Origin: Seison nebaliae
Lineage: Eukaryota
NCBI GenBank assembly: GCA_023231475.1
Contig: JALJEE010002328.1
Location: forward strand, 1 to 64,000
Reading direction: 5' to 3'
Length of the DNA: 64,000 nucleotides
Both the position numbers and the translations under genes were made by a program. The notes beneath the pieces were generated by a model, which saw only the letters and a list, made by a program, of their open reading frames with translations, searched no databases and was not told the origin of the DNA. Every line of letters begins with the position of its first letter. The stretch's first letter is position 1. Of the stretch, positions 12,667 through 27,086 are shown in pieces.

Positions 12667-15600
12667 ATGTTTGAAATTTTAATAAAATTCTTACTACTGA
12701 TATTTATCAGTAATCATGGAATTGGAGTTGATGGAAAAACGAATGGTTTCTTAAAGCCATCTTATATGGATATCGCAAGTAATCGTAGGATCGTTGCTAC
12801 GTCGACTTGTGGTGTTGATTTACCAACTAATCAAACAGAAGAACAATATTGTTTAATTACAGGATTCATTCATGATCATCATTATCGAATGTATGATAAA
12901 TCACAGGGACAAGATCAAGATAATCGTGGTCTTGGATGTGATGTTTGTCAAGAAGTTGGAGATAAATCATTTCCAGCAGAAAATATGGTAGATAAGACAC
13001 CGAATTCTCGATGGCAGTCACCTCCTTTATCGCGTGGGGCCGAATATTCTCGAGTGAATATTACTATCGATTTAGAACAGAAATTCCATGTTGCTTATGT
13101 TTTCATTCGAATGGCAAATTCCCCACGTCCTGGTATGTGGATATTGGAAAAGAGTGACGATTATGGAAAAACGTTTAAGCCTTGGCAATATTTCGCTGAA
13201 GGTCCAAATGATTGTTTGAGAGCATTTAATAGAAGAGCAAAAGAGACGTTCGACTTTGACGATGAAGCAATTTGTTCTACCAGATATTCAAAATCTGTGC
13301 CATTGGAAAATGGAGAGATTGCAATTCGTTTAATTAGCAATCGACCGAGTGCTAGAAATTTCTCGAGATCTGAAGTTCTCCAAGATTGGACGACAGCCAC
13401 ACATGTGAAATTCCAATTTTTACGACCAATCACTTTTGCCGTTTACGCTAAAAGTGGAGATTCCGAGTCGGTTATGCAACGTTATTACTATGCGATTAAC
13501 GAAATCCGTATTGGAGGACGATGTTTGTGTAATGGTCATGCGGATCAATGTGTGGAAACGGAAGTTGATGTAAAGAACGATGAACTTGCTGAGACAACAG
13601 TGAAGAAAGTTGAATATCGTTGTAATTGTCAACATAATACGTGTGGAATGAATTGCGATGAATGTTGTTCCGGTTTTACTGCGAAGAAATGGAGACGATC
13701 ATATTATGATGAAACATTCGAATGTGAACCATGCAATTGTCATCAGCATTCTTTAAAATGTTCATATAATGAGACAATTGAATTGATGAAAATGTCTTTG
13801 GACATTCATGGAGAATTGGGCAGTGGAGGAGTGTGTCAAGAATGTGAACATAATACTGAAGGAATCAATTGTGAAAGATGTAAATTTGGATATTATCGAC
13901 CATTGGGTAAACAATTGACTGATATGGACGCTTGTCAAAAATGTCAATGTGATCATCCACATGCAACTGGTGGTTGTGCAGAAGGTAGTGGAAAATGTGA
14001 ATGTAAAACGAAATATTCAGGAATTAATTGTGATCGATGTGCTGATGGTTATTATGATTATCCAGATTGTAAACCATGTGAATGTAACTTGAATGGAACA
14101 TTAAGTCGAGCATGTAATGCGGAAGGTGGTCGATGTAGTTGTCTTCCAAATTTCCAAGGAGAAAAATGCGATGAATGTGTGGATGGATATTATGGTATTG
14201 ATTGTGCTCCATGTGATTGTGTTAATTCTTATACGGAAACATGTGAAATGGACACAGGTCGATGTCAATGTTATAAGAATTATGATGGATTAAAATGTAC
14301 TAATTGTGCCAAAGGTTATTATGATTATCCGGCATGTCATGTCTGTGATTGTGATAAAAATGGATCAGATATGAATGAGATGTGTGATCAAATTACTGGT
14401 CGTTGTAATTGTCGTGAAGAATTTGATGGAATTGAATGTTCTCAATGTAAGACAGGATATTATGGTTATCCATCATGTCGTTCATGTCAATGTTCCATAT
14501 ATGGATCAACGGATGACAGTTGTTCATTAAATCGTTATACAAATGAACCTCAATGTCATTGTAAACCGAATTTCGCGGGTAATCGGTGTGATCGTTGTGC
14601 TGCTGGATATTTCAATTATCCCGAATGTCATCCATGCAATTGTGTGACACGAGGAGCCGAAGGCATATCTTGCAATGATATTGGTGAATGTCGTTGTCGT
14701 AGTGCCTATTCAGGAAAACAATGTGAACGATGTATCGAAGGATATTATGGTCATCCTGATTGTCGAAAGTGTAATTGTAATCCGGATGGTATTCGAAAAG
14801 GATTCGAGAGATGCAATCAAGATTCATCTGTCTTATGTGAGTGTAAGAAGAATGTCGTCGGACAAATTTGTAATGAATGTCGTTCATCATTTTTTAATTT
14901 ATCACGATCGAATCCTAATGGTTGCGAGGAATGCAATTGTCGAACTGAAGGTACTTTGGGTGAAGTGAATATTTGTGAAACAAATAATGGGAAATGCGAA
15001 TGTAAAATATTTGTAGGTGATGATGAATTTATAGAATCATCATCAGATAACAATATTGATGGCCGTCGGTGTAATAAATGTCGTAGTGGTTTCTATGATT
15101 TTACGGGAAGTGTTTTCGGTTGTAAAGAAACTTGCAATTGTGTCTCATCAACAAATCGACTAGTTGATGGAAATGAATGTGATTCATCAAATGGAAAATG
15201 CTTTTGTAAAGAACATATTCATGGAGATAAATGTGATAGAATCGATGAAGGATATTTTATTCCATTACCAGACATTCTTCACATTCCAGCATCTGAAGCT
15301 AAATATGTTTCATTGAATGAAGATCGAACGTCTTATAGTTATGAAGATTTTGAAGGGGAATCACAAGATGAATTTAAAAAATTGAATAGCGATAAATCAA
15401 CAATTGAGTTCGATTTGAAAGATATAGATAGTAGTGATTATGCTATATTCATTCATTTCGCAATGGATACACCAATCACATTGAATAAATATGCAGATAT
15501 TAAATTATTAACATCAAAAAATGAAATTATTGATGATTATCGATTTAGTATTCTCTTATCACCCAACGAATCAGCAAAGAGATTAGAAAATAAGAAATCT

Positions 15601-18600
15601 CAATCAGTTTTCATTCATTTACCTCCAAACACCGAAGATGTTTCTAATCGATTGCAAGTGAAATCTGATTTCAACATCACTATAAAGAAATTAGTTTTAG
15701 TTCCGAAACAATTTATGGATTTAGATGTGTTGAAAACGTCGAATGTAATTAAACGACCATGTTTAGCTGAAGAATTCCAATCGGATTCCAATGTCGCTTG
15801 TATACATTATATTTATGAGAATATCGATGACATCACCGAACCATCACGTGAAGCATATGTGTTGAAAGAGGATGAGGATTTATTTAATGGAAAAATGGAT
15901 CAGTTGAATCCTGCTAATTATACATTCGGCTCTAATTTTTATGATGAAAATATCGATGAAAATGAAGTGAAAGATGATGATAAGAATACGGTTGGATGGA
16001 TGTACAATGAATATGATTATGATGTGAATGGAACATTTGGTCTGAACGAGAAAGACGAAGAGACGGAATTTCATGAGAATGAATCGGAAGTTAAATTACA
16101 AAAAATTCTCAAACTCAAAAACCGATTGACAAGATTAAATAAAGATCAATATCAATTAATTTATAAAACATCAGCACCAGGATTTGACTTGTATCATGTA
16201 CTCATCGAATATCATGGATGTACGGAGAACGATGATGAAGATTTAAATAAAATGATTTATGTTAGTGGAACAGTCTATGATAAACAACGGTTAGACGAAG
16301 TGAATTATGAAGCAACAGAAATTGGATTCACATTACTTCCATGTCCATATTCGTCGGTTTGTCGAACGATAGGTAAAATTGAATCTGTTCCAGCACAAAT
16401 GAGATTAAGTGGAGAGACGTTTGTTTCTCTCGATGTATGGGACTCGCTCGATGAGAAGAATCAATGTTTAATTTCAAATATTCGATTATTTCCCAAAAGG
16501 AAATTTCATATGAATCAGTTAAAACCGTTTGAAGAATGTATCGCCAGAAATGGTGAATGTCTCGAAGATGCTACTGGTAGTGATTATGTAAAGAAGTATC
16601 GAGATAATTTAGGAGATTCTGATGAAAAGAATAATGAGAATTCGAAAACTTTCCCCAACGTAGTAACATTGACAGCGAAAGATTCAGATCAACCGATTAT
16701 TCGTCGAATTCCATATTCTTCACCGATCGTTCCATTAGATAATGAGCAACTGGATCATGTGACATTTCGTGTGGAGAATAATAATTTGATTGATAAACAA
16801 CATATTGATTATTATATTATCGTAAAATATTATCAACCAGAATCTGGTCATATTGACATCGATGTGGAATTGCAAGACGAATATAGTTATGCCTCCAATA
16901 ATCCGGGAGCTAAAGGAAAATTATCATTAAATCATTGTCTCTCCAAAGAAGGATGTCGTGCCATTGTTTATCCAGTCGAAAGTGAAAAATCCAGCGACGG
17001 TTCGATTACCGATAAGCAAATACAAATTCCTATTGGAAATGTCACATCGAAACTTTATACTATTTTTCATCCGATTACTCATGTCAAGTTAACAACATCT
17101 GCTAAGGATAAAGCGTCGAAGCATAATAATGGATTATCAAAGAGAACATTCATTGATTATATTTCACTAGTACCAAAAGATAACGATAATAGTAATTCAA
17201 ATAAATTTCTATATGATCTTCTCACACCAGGCGGTTTAAGTGAGAAAAAAGATTTTGAGAAATGTTTAATTTCCGATTCGACATTCGAAATTAATCCACA
17301 ATTAGTAAACGATGATGATTTCTGCAGAAGATCAACTTTGTCACTTTTAACTTTCAACCAATTGCCATCGTTTCAGATCGAGAAATGTAATTGCGATCTT
17401 GATGGAACGGTGGAAGATGAAATGGAAAATTGTTCATCATTTGGAGGAAATTGTAAGTGTAAATCGAACGATATTGTTGGAAGGCGTTGTGATGTTTGTG
17501 CACCTGGAATGATAAAATTTCCTGAATGCGTTAAATGTAATTGTACGAGTGGATTATGTTTGGAGGACGGAACTTGTACCTGTCCCAAAGGATTCAAACA
17601 AAGCGACGATTGTAACGAATGTGATGATGGTTATTACGGTTTTGATGAAAGACAAGCATGTTCTTCATGTAATTGCAACGAACAAGGACTAACTTCAAAG
17701 GCGTTAGAAAATCGATTCACAAAAATTTTTGGTTCATCTCAAAAATATATTTATTCTTGTAATCATCGAAATGGTCAATGTGACTGTCGAGAGAATATTG
17801 GTGGACGGCGTTGTGATCAATGTAAGGCAGGCTATTGGAATTATCCTGAATGTAAAAAATGTGATTGTAACATTGATGGCGTTACTGATGGAATATGTTC
17901 ACAAAAGAGTGGCGAATGTCTGTGTAAATCAAATGTGGTTGGTAGTCAATGTAATGAATGTAAATCGGGTACATTCGATTTAAATGCGTTACATGTTACT
18001 GGTTGCATCGAATGTTATTGTTCGGGTGTGACAAATAAATGTTCAGCAATTAATATGACAAAACAATCACATGATTTATCCCAATTATCAGGAAAGAAAG
18101 TCTATTTAGAAAATTTGGAATCGATTGAAAATTCGGACGATTTAGAAAAGTTATGCAATAAGAACATTATTGATGATCCATCAAATAATTATTTTACTAT
18201 TAATGAGTCGGTTGATATCGATGCAAATGTGAGTGATAGTCGATTATATTACAAAATTGATGGGAATGAATTTTTCAAACAATTTCCTGCATTACAAGCA
18301 ATTGATGGAGAGTTGAATGGAGAATTTGAAGTTGAATCTGTTGATGATTCAATTCAATCGAATGGTCAAAATTGTCTAATCTTAAAAAGTAAAGACAATG
18401 AACTGTTAGGAAACGGAATGGTGGTCGGTTGGCATTGTTCTCTATTATCTGGAAACTTATTTAATTATAATGTCAAATTTCAATCATCGAACGATTGGAC
18501 GATTTTATGTGGAAATGAGAAGGAATTAAGTCGGAAAATACTTTTAAGTATTTTATCGAATTTGGATTATGTTCTCTTAAGTGCTCAATCATTTGATAAT

Positions 18601-21600
18601 CAAATCAAAACGAAATTGATGAAATTGAATTTTAATGAAGGTGCAGCATTCCCATCAAACGATGATAAGTACCGAATTGAATCTTGTTCATGTCCGATCG
18701 GTTCGCATTATAATGGAAATTCATGTAATTCTTGTGAGTCTGGTTATCATTATACCAAGATTAATAATGTGGCATATTCAGAGAATGATGAGTTCATTTC
18801 TAACAAATATCAAATCTTATCTTGTACAGCGTGTAATTGTTATGGTCATACGAATGAATGTGATATTAATAGTGGGGAATGTGTGGATTGTGGAGGAAAT
18901 ACGAATGGAACAAATTGTGAAAATTGTTTACTGGGACATTATCGATCTATTAATGATCCAAGAATTGCATGTCGGTCTTGTTCTTGTCCTTCTGAAATTA
19001 ATAATTATGCCTTGGCATGTGAAGTGCCATCAGAAGAGTATAAGAAATGTTTGTGTATGGAAGGTTATCAAGGAAAGAATTGTGAAGCGTGTGCTAATGG
19101 TTATTATGGTGATCCGATGGTGGATGGTGATTCTTGTAATAAATGTGAGTGTAACGACAATTTAGATTTGAATGAACCATATGCTTGTGACGATCGTACG
19201 GGAGAATGTTTAATTTGTGGATATAATACTGATGGTGAGAAATGTGACCGATGTACCGATTGGTATTATGGTGATCCATTGGGAAAGAATTGTACATTAT
19301 GTTCTTGTAATTCATGTGGATCATCTGAATGTGATATAAATGATGGTTCTTGTACTTGTCTGCCGAATGTTTTAGGTGAACATTGTGATCAGTGTGCACC
19401 AAATTATTATGGTATTAATATCGATTGTGAAGGTTGTCATCCATGTCAATGTTCGGTTGCATCGAGATCATTCGTTTGTAATAATATCACTGGACAATGT
19501 GATTGTAAAGATGGTGTGGAAGGTGTGAATTGTGATCGGTGTAAATCTGGTTATTTCAACTATACAGAAAATGGTTGTGAAAAATGTAAATGTGATATTG
19601 CTGGTACATCACCCGGATTGACATGCAATAATGTAACTGGACAGTGTGATTGCTTACCAGGTGTTACTGGAGAACGATGCACCGATTGTGCCCCACGATA
19701 TATCATTAATAAAGAACATGGATGTGTTGCATGTGATTCTTGCGTCAATGAATTATTGGACTCAATGGATGTGATTGACGGTAAACTGAATAAATCGAGA
19801 GATAATCTCGATAAAGTTTCCATTAGTGTAAACGCAATTGAAATGGTGGGTAATATTAAAAATGAAATGAATGAAATTGAGAAGAAAGTGAAAGAATTGG
19901 AAGATCCACAAATGCAGAAAACCATTCGAGAAACTGAAGATAAATATCGAAAGTTGCAAAAAGATACGGATACTCAGAACTTATTAATAAAACATTGGAA
20001 GAATGTGACAACTACAACAATAGAAAACAAAGAAGAATTAAAAAATAAAATTTTAGACAATGAGAGAGATATGAAAAATACAACGAATGAATTACATCGA
20101 TTATATTCGGAAGCAGTTAATGTTAATAAAGAATTGAAAGACAGTATTTCTCGTTATCGAACAATACCATTACCACCACAGTTAAATAACACAATCGATT
20201 ATATTATACAGAATACAAAAGATTTGAGAAATGATGTAAATCGTGAACGTCTTCAAGAATTAAAAGTGAAATTAAGTGAAGGAGATGAAAGTTTTAAGGA
20301 ATTAAATAAAAGTTTGATTGAAAGTCAAAAGAAATTGAATGGAATTCAAGACAATTTAAAGAAGTTTGAAGTTGATCATTTGGACGGTATCAAAGACCGT
20401 GTGGATGAAGCGCAGAGTTATGTCAATTCATTTTATGAAGAGAACTCATTAGCCGAGCGTACGATAAACAAACAAAAAGTTGATCAATTGAAAAAGAAAT
20501 GGAATGAATTATCGAATTTGAAGAAAGAGAACGAAGAACGATTGAATGATGCCAAGTCACAATTAGCATCGTATGAGACGAATTTAAATGAGATTCTTAA
20601 TGGAGATGATGGGAAATTGAAGAATATTGAGGAATCTTTAACTGAAATTGACGAATTGATCAATGATGGAAAAACGAATTTGGAAGAAATGATTAAAGAG
20701 AACGGTGAATTTCCATTAGCAATTCAAATGTTAAATAATGAAATTGTTGATTTTGAAAAGAAAGTTAACGAATTATTACCTGAAGACCAAATGAAATCAG
20801 ATGTAGATCGTTTAACTGATTCTATTATCGCTTATACCGAAATTGCAGAGAATTTAGAGAATTATACGAATAATATGAACGAAATTGAAAAGATCCATAA
20901 TCAAGTTAATAAAAGTTGGATCGATTATTTGGAAAAAGAGAAGAAGGAAGTTACTCTCAATGATATGATAAGTGAATTGGATGATCGAACGAATCAGTTG
21001 AAATTTTTCAAAGAAAATGAATTGGAATTGAAATTGAATGAATTGGATATTTCCAAATCAGACATAAATGAGATTAATTCCGATTTAGCTGAATTATCGA
21101 AAGATATCGAATTGATTAATAAAGAAATTGATGAATTGGAGGATGATCATGAGAAGATATCCATACAAGATGAATTGAGTACTTTAAAAACGTTACGAGA
21201 TGATTTGAAAGAAGATGTTGAGGAACGTGACAATAAATTGAAAGAGATGAAAGTGAAAGTTGAGAAACTTCAAAATGAATTTAATAATATGGAACAAGAG
21301 GAGCAGAGCAATATTCTCTTCCGAAATTCCGCTCATGAAAAAATTAACAATTTGGAGAAAGATCTCGATGAATTGATTGAAGAGTCTTATACGATTAACA
21401 ACTTAGAAAGTGAATTGAATGAGTTACAGAATGATTTGCAGACTGATATGAATAAGTTGAATAATTTAGTGACGCAAGCTGAAATTGAAGCGGGTTCAAT
21501 GAAAGCCCCAGTCAAATTTAGTGGTGACTCAGCAATGGAACTAAATGTGCCAGTTGACTTAACCGGATATTCGAAAATCGGTGCAAATATTAAACCGTCA

Positions 21601-23638
21601 TATGATGCATCAAGTGGATTGATTTATTTTATGGGAAACAAGGAATCGGAATCAATGTCAAAACAACGATATCGACGTGAAAGTAATGCTGAAAGTGAGA
21701 GTGAGAATGTTGAAGATTTCCAAACGATTGATCGTAAATCTGATTATATTGCATTAATCTTAGAGAATGGTAAACCATTCTATTTGTTTAAAACTGCTGA
21801 TATAAATAGTGATAGTATGAATAAGAATGAAGTGCAAAAAATTGAGCTGAGTGAAAATGCATGTCCTCCCAATGAATGGACATCCATCGAAGTCGAACGA
21901 TATGGATCAATTATTCGTTATAAAGTTAATAATGAATCAAATGTGAAAGATATTCTGGAGGAGAATCCGGGTAAATTCTCGATGGATATGGGTAAAGATG
22001 TAATTCTTCATATAGGAGGTCAACAAAAAAATTATTTTTATCCTTTCCATTTGAAAGAAATTCCACCCTTTCAAGGATCGGTCGATAGTTTATTAATTAA
22101 TGATGAAATTTATCCTTTATGGAATTTCACGAAAGCCGAGAAGATTGCTGCTGATTATGTACGAGAAACTACTGAATTTACTCAATCCGTTGCTGGTTTT
22201 CATTTGAACGACGATGCATATTTACAAATGGACCCCATTCATGACACAGCGGAATATCATGTTCATTTTATGACAGATAAACCGGATAATAGTATTTTCT
22301 TCAAACCACCACTTCGAGGTTATGATGATTGGGCATTTGTTCTTTTTATGCGAAATTGGCAATTGAAATTAGCTAAAGGAAATTTTGGAGATTTTACTGA
22401 ATTTTCGTTTGATAAGATTCTCATCGAACCAAATCAAATATATCAATTACAAATCATTTTCTTCTTCCGTAATAGATGTGGTGTTAATGTGACATTGGTT
22501 AAACAATCGGATTTGGAAGTAACTGAATTTCATGAACTCTCAAATGGAATTTTCGACTGTTATGACGTTACGAAAACTCCAAGATTCTTTGGGCAAGGAA
22601 GTGAAGAATTTGTGGGTCTTAATTATCCAAAAACATTTTCTGGTTGCATTCTCAAATTTGGTAATCCTTACGCATTCAACAAAGACCAATTAGAAGGAAA
22701 TAATTATATTCGAGATGGAGTAATCAGTACATGTTCATCGACGAAAAAATCAAAAAAACAACGACAATTGTCAATCGAATCTGATGGTTTTGTTGAATTA
22801 CAGAATCAGGAGAAAGGCTTTATGAAAAATTCTTATTTTACAATGACATTCCAATTTGCTACTTATCAACCTATGAACAATTGGTTCAAAGGAATCAATA
22901 AAGATTTCTTATTTACTATTGATCAAAATGAAACAATCATTTTCTCATTTTATTTGGGAGAAAGGAAATTGTATTCTTTCCAATTAGAAAACGACAATTT
23001 AAGCAATCGTCGCTATTATATGTTAACGATTATTTTTGATGGAGAACTGTTAACTTTTGTTATATAATTCTAAACTTAATTGTTCTTCTCTCTCTTTCTC
23101 TTTTAGCATGAAAACTTATTTAGATGAAGAATATCGTGAGAGAAATGTTGGAATATTAAGAGAGAATGGCATCGATTTATCTTATTTTGATTTCGAACGA
23201 ATAATTCTTGGCGCGGATACTGACGCAATTAATAATGATAAATTAAAATCAGAAATTGGAAGCAATGCACAAACAATTCATGGATGCTTGAAAAATTTTG
23301 TTATTAATGACAAGTTAGTTTCTGATTTCTTTCCTTCCTCTTTTTTCTTTTATTTCCAACCATACATTTTTTCAATAAAGAAATGATGAGAGAAACTTTC
23401 TCCTGAAATTCGTTATTCAATAATATTTTCATTCTGATTATCATTATTTTTCTTGTCATATATATCTAAAGATCACATTCATATTACTCACATTTATCTT
23501 TTTCTTTTGTTTAGATTATATGACTTTTCTACGGATATTCTAAGGTCGAAGAATGTCAAGTATAATATGTGCACATTAAATAAATCGGCGTTACGGCGAT
23601 CCAGACAATTCAAATCATTCGATGTCTTGTCTTCTTAA
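12667..23638 (+). CDS. Laminin subunit alpha (alpha-3/5, LanA-like), 3 coding exons
   Basis: Signal peptide, LN domain (WQSPPLSRGAEY, FIRMANSPRPGMWILEKS), LE repeats, L4 inserts, a long coiled coil and three LG domains. Introns at 23049-23106 and 23314-23514; stop at 23638. Confidence 0.95.
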
Positions 23639-24688
23639 TTTTCTTATGGTGCTTGATATACGTGAGAAATAAACGACATTCAAAGTATTAGACGTCATTT
23701 TTTTTGAAGTGAAATATAATGCTGAAGAACTATGAGAAAATTGCGATATTTTTCCCTCTTAAATTCCTTTTTTTATTCCAATTATATTGATTTCTGTGTT
23801 AAGAAAGGAATTCTTTCCTGTTCTATTTAGATTAGTTAAAATATTCTTCACGACCTTCGTATTCCGTCTAATGAAAGATTTAATAAAACATTTCAATAAA
23901 AACACAAAATTCTCTCCCCCGAATTCTCGCAATAAATCGAAATTGTATCTTTAAACGTCAAATCAGTGGGACTAGAAGGACAGGTAGCAGAACTCGAATA
24001 TATATCATCTAAACTTTTCGTCAGTTTTACAAAGAAAATTATGTTTCTTAAAGATATGTTACGTATTTCGGAATTTTATATGATTAAAGTGCAAGATTCA
24101 TCTAATCCAAAGAAGTACAAATGAAGGAAATTTGTCGGAAAACTATGGAAAATAACAATAATTAATTGAAATATTGGGATTGATTTTGGGAGTTAGAAGA
24201 CTATAAATTACCAAATTCTTTATAAGGCACTACATGTGAATTCGCATGAAACTCAATAGTCTCATCACAATTTTCTTTTTAGTATTATATTCTTATTATT
24301 TTAGGTACGAGAATTTGAAAAAGAAGAATTTTCCCAAGAATTATCTTATTCGAGACATAATGACATTATCTCGATATTCCTGAAAATTATGATAGTTTGT
24401 CTCATTAAATGTCAATGAATTTTTCGTTAGAGAAGTATTATATAAAGGAGAAAAAATAAAGTAGAACGACTACCTATCTGTCTCTCTTATGAACATCTAA
24501 AGTTATTGAGAGTGGAACGATAAGACTATTGGAACAATGTGTCGTTTAATTAATATGTATGAATACAATTAATACTTTATCTCTATCATGTTCCCTTTCT
24601 CTAGAGAATTTTATCATCAGAATTACAATCAACTATTCCTCTAAAAAAAAACATAAAAGATTCGTGATAATTATTTCAAAAAATCCAA

Positions 24689-25035
24689 ATGAATTCCATC
24701 TCTACTTATTTCCTTCTCGTTTGTGTGATAAGGATGTTAGCGAATGTCGGATGTCTCCATTTAAATGGTCCTATATCAGAAGACCAGTTCCCGCTAAAAA
24801 GTATTCCAATGGCACCAATGGAAAAACAAGGCATTCCCCAAAATCTTTTCTCGTTTATCGTTCGACGACTAGTGCGGAAAATACTAAATGAACAACGTGT
24901 CCAAACTAACACACCTAATGACGAAAATTTTGTCAATGGAATAGTTTGTGTTTATTGTTAATAATTCATTCTTAATTCTTTTCATTTCAGACCGATCAAT
25001 TAGTGGAACATTCTCGATATCGATCTTTAATATAA
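24689..25035 (+). CDS. Small secreted orphan protein (~99 aa), possible peptide precursor
   Basis: Hydrophobic N-terminus MNSISTYFLLVCVIRMLANVGC. A GTT..CAG intron at 24944-24990 gives the C-terminus ...NGI|TDQLVEHSRYRSLI*. Confidence 0.5.
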
Positions 25036-25259
25036 ATTCGATATCCCAGTAACTTAATCTGAAAATTTTTTATCTTTAATAAAAAAATCCATAACAATTT
25101 TTAATAAATTTTTCAACTTTTCGTGAATTTATTCCTTATTTCCATTAATGACTAGATTAACTTAAATTTAGAAAGAATTTTTTTGGTAGAAATATAAAAA
25201 CGAATGAATAAAAATTTATAGACAAGAAGAGAGTTGAAAAGTATTAAATTGAATGATAT

Positions 25260-26095
25260 TCAAAACCCGGGAACTACAAAATTAATGTTGTCCATAATAT
25301 TTTTACGTATCTCCCAAGACGATTTTATTTCACTTATTGGTCTTCGTTTAACCATGTCGTACCCGTTTAATTGATGAATTATCATTTCTTTTAATTGATC
25401 ACTCTCTTCGTTGTGATTAAATTCGGCATCTTCCTCCAATTCCGCTAATAATTGTGACGTTTCAGGAATGACATTGTATCGTTTGGCTGGCAATCTGACA
25501 AGACCCATACGTGTCGTTAAGGCTGTTAAACTTCCGATAGTTGTCAGAAAAGAATCCATTAAATAATCTCTTGTTCCTGTGATGACAATGGCAGAATATT
25601 CGTTTTCTTTACATTTCTCTCCTACAACTGTTAAAGCTTCACCTACCAATGCAACATGTGCCGCAATATCTTCTATAGTACTCTGCACCTATATTGGAGG
25701 AGGAAAGATGATAGAAATAAATTGTAAAAACTTATGATCAACTTCACAATGATCGACACATTTGGCTGTTAATAATTCGGATGGTTTCACTTTATTTTCA
25801 TCCGATTCCAATTGTTGTTTCAATCGTCTCTTCCATTTCCTTTTCGAATTATAATCTAAACCTTCGAACATTCGTTTCGCCTCATCATTTATTTCATCAG
25901 ATGACAAATGAGGTTGCGCTTGTGCAATCTCTTGAGATATGCTATGAATAAAAAAATTCATAAATAAATTTTCATTTGCTGCCTAATATCATTAATTGTC
26001 ACGATAATGAATATTATTGTCAAGTTAACTTTAACATTGTCAGTCAAACGACGTCGTTTATCTCCTGCATTCGTTCCCGATGTTCGTCTGCTCAT
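25260..26095 (-). CDS. HMGXB4: HMG box domain-containing protein 4-like (compact)
   Basis: Introns 26029-25983 and 25742-25689. HMG-like segment FMNFFIHSISQEIAQAQPHLSSDEINDEAKRMFEGL. The C-terminal AAHVALVGEALTVVG...MDNINFVVPGF* resembles the HMGXB4 C-terminus (AAHLQLLGESLSLIG...LDNIAYIMPGL, recalled from memory). Confidence 0.75.
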
Positions 26096-26539
26096 TCTTT
26101 TTTTATTTCACTTTAATAAAAAGGAATATTGCAGCTAAAAATTTTGGTGGAAATTAAAAAAAAAAGTAATATGTTCTGAAGAAAAATTATTGATAAGTTA
26201 TAAAAAAAGAACATAATAATTTATAATTATAAATAAAAATTTTGAAAATAAATTTAAGAGAATGTTATGGATAAATTGGCCGATATCATTCAATTTATTA
26301 AACTTTCGATTGTTTCATAATGAACAATATCTCGTCTTCTCAACAACATTAGCAACATTATTCAACTTGGCATGGCATATGCATTTCCTGGGACCTTATG
26401 CATTGGCTATTTATCTCGGAGGTCTAGGAGTGACCGAAATTAATATTGAATAAAATGACGATAACGAGCAAGAAGAAGAATGAAGTCATTTCACATTTCT
26501 TCATATTTTATGAAAACATTTTTATTTTAAATAAAATTC

Positions 26540-26955
26540 TTATTTTCCTTTATTTTCGATTTCAGTCGATTGTCCAATTGTTGATGCTCCTGAATATTGT
26601 TTTAACCATTCATCATCCGCCCAAATCGGCTTCGATTTATCCATATTCATATCTCGAGGATTTGCCACATTCACACGTAATGTCCGTCCAAATAATTCAT
26701 TCTCGTCCAAATTATCGATAACATCCTTTGCTTCACTTACCGTTTCGAGATGAACGAAAGCAAAACCACGATGCTTCCCCGTCTCATTGTTGATCGGCAT
26801 AGTAATCGTCAAAATTTCTCCAAATGATGATATGATAGTTCTCAAAATCTCTTCGGTCACATTTTCAGCTAATCCGCCTAAAGTGAAAAACAAGAAAATA
26901 GAACAAATGGATTAAAAGTAAAAATTAAACCGATATGAAGAAACTTATCATTCAT
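26540..26955 (-). CDS. PPIE: PPIE/cyclophilin-E-like protein containing only the RRM
   Basis: Intron 26930-26878. LHIGGLAENV...ETGKHRGFAFV...ENELFGRTLRVNVA...KPIWADDEWLK matches the PPIE RRM and its downstream W-x-DD-x-WL motif. The stop follows ~18 aa later. Confidence 0.8.
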
Positions 26956-27086
26956 TTTAATATAAAGCTTAAATTTTAAATGAAAAATTTGACAATAAAT
27001 AAAAACTTTTCAATTATTTAATGAATAAGGAAATCATTTGAATATTGTTCATTATATTCAATTCTCAAATTAAAGAGATATCAAAT

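Noticed and set aside
13161..19959. Many antisense or alternate-frame ORFs inside laminin
   Set aside because: Shadow ORFs of the Cys-rich, codon-biased laminin frame with no independent motifs.
26262..26453. 63-aa ORF with a weak Tom7-like ALAIYLG segment
   Set aside because: Similarity is too slight and the splice phases could not be reconciled, so it is left uncalled.
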